Positions 62,701-64,000 of a stretch of DNA of 64,000 nucleotides are shown here, one piece after another. This DNA is from Raja brachyura (Eukaryota). Positions within the stretch are counted from its first letter, which is position 1, and every line of letters starts with the position of its first letter. The stretch spans positions 51,708,001 through 51,772,000 of the forward strand of contig OY740791.1 of NCBI GenBank assembly GCA_963514005.1. Reading direction: 5' to 3'. The notes under the pieces were generated by a model. That model ran no database searches. It was not told where the DNA came from and saw nothing but the letters and a program-made list of their open reading frames with translations. The position numbers were made by a program, and so were the translations under genes.

Positions 62701-64000
62701 GCACATTCCTTTTTAAGGGGTGTCTCTTGAAGGAAGACTATGTCTGTTTTAAGTCTATTTAAATGAGATAAAACCTTACCTCTTTTAATTGGTTCATTAA
62801 TTCCCTTTACATTCCAACTGCAGAAGGTGATTCCATCACCCCAGTTTTCATATTAATGTCTTGCATTTTGTTATTAAGGTGGATTATAATGGATAGATGT
62901 CTCAGCATATCCATCCCAACCTCATACACATGCTTCAGATCGATGAATTTTAATACTTGTAACTGTATCTTACATACATATCTCTTCAAACCAACTGTAT
63001 AATACCAATCATAACTAAAATAATATAGTACATTATATAAAATATAAGAAACAAAATAGAAATAAAAGCTGTTAATGGTGTTAGTGATGTGCAGCCACAC
63101 TAGCGTGGCTATTAATCTACCGACTTCCGTTGTTAGAAAAAAAGATGATTAATGGTTCCAGTTCCATATTTGCCTTACGGGCTATTTATATAGGGGTGGG
63201 GTGTTAAATTTAAATGCTTGATAATTATGACTACTACTGTCGATTTTTAATAATATCATAACACTATTTTAGGAGGAATAGCATACGATTTTAAGTGATA
63301 GTTAATACTAAGCTATTTCTATTATATGTTAAATTTTTTATTAGTAATCCTTCGAACCATTCTTAACCAGTGAGTTTAAAAGTCCTTTGTTCTTCCTCCT
63401 TCTCTATGGATAATCAGTACCATCAGGTGGATGTTAAATATAGTTCAAGTTCACGGTTTTTCATCCTCATCTTCTTCTTCCACTTCTTCTTCTTCTTCCA
63501 CTTTCTTCTCGATGTTCAGAGCAAATTCAAGTGCTTCTGTATGCTTGATGAAGTGATGCTCTTTGTTATCATAGGTTACTCTTAGTGTTGCGGGATACAT
63601 CAAGCCATATCTCAGATTCTTTATATTGTTAAGAATGCCTCTTGTTTCTGTAAATAGAGCTCTTCTCTTGGCAACTTCCACAGGGTAATCTCTGAATATG
63701 CTGATCTTATCTCCATCGTAGTTAAGATTTTTCTTATGAATTATTATCTTCATCATATCTTCCAAGACGTGATCATAAACCACTTTCACAATCAATTGTC
63801 TTGGGGTTGAGCCCCTCTTTGGGGGTCATCTCAGTGCCCTGTGTGCTCGACCAAGCAGGGGTTCTTGATCCAAATTCAAAACTTTTTTTAAAGAGTTTTG
63901 CAGCAAATTCTCAAGGGTCTTGATATCCCTCGCTACCTTCATGCACACCAACAATACGCAAGTTCTAGCGCCTTTGACGTCCCTCCAAGTCAATACATTT
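59771..64000 (-). mobile_element. L1-clade LINE: ORF1 C-terminus (63451-64000) and disrupted ORF2 (59771-~62810)
   Basis: ORF1 ISIFRDYPVEVAKRR...YGLMYPATLRV; ORF2 SRGVAILI, NIYGPN, GGDLN, GKAAGPDG, SLDAEKAFD. Confidence 0.92.

Overview
Repeat-rich vertebrate genomic DNA, most likely from a cartilaginous fish (skate/ray), inferred from HE1/V-SINE-like SINEs, shark-type CR1 LINEs, Penelope-like GIY-YIG elements and Harbinger MITEs. It is not prokaryotic. The main host feature is a minus-strand, multi-exon gene (~22.9-56.3 kb) that I reconstructed by hand from GT-AG junctions. It has eight one-exon-per-domain Ig domains, all phase 1-1 and free of stops, arranged as a tandemly duplicated four-domain block: cysteine-less V, C2, V, C2 with a WxC F-strand. 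These are followed by an uncharged TM exon and four small cytoplasmic exons carrying two ITIM-type motifs (IHYGSI, VIYAQI). The product is a candidate inhibitory immune receptor of ~920-965 aa without its leader, with CD4/LAG-3-like ectodomain hallmarks but no Lck-binding motif. Its leader exon was not found in the window. A convergent plus-strand paralogous pseudogene (leader, V, C2-WxC) lies at 1.7-8.1 kb. Introns and intergenic DNA contain two structurally complete DIRS1-type tyrosine-recombinase retrotransposons, each nested in a CR1. Also present are L1 elements (one flanked by a ~333-bp duplication), Helitrons with minisatellites, a THAP transposon remnant, MITEs, many CR1/SINE fragments and one 149-nt N gap. 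All calls were made by eye; no database searches were run.
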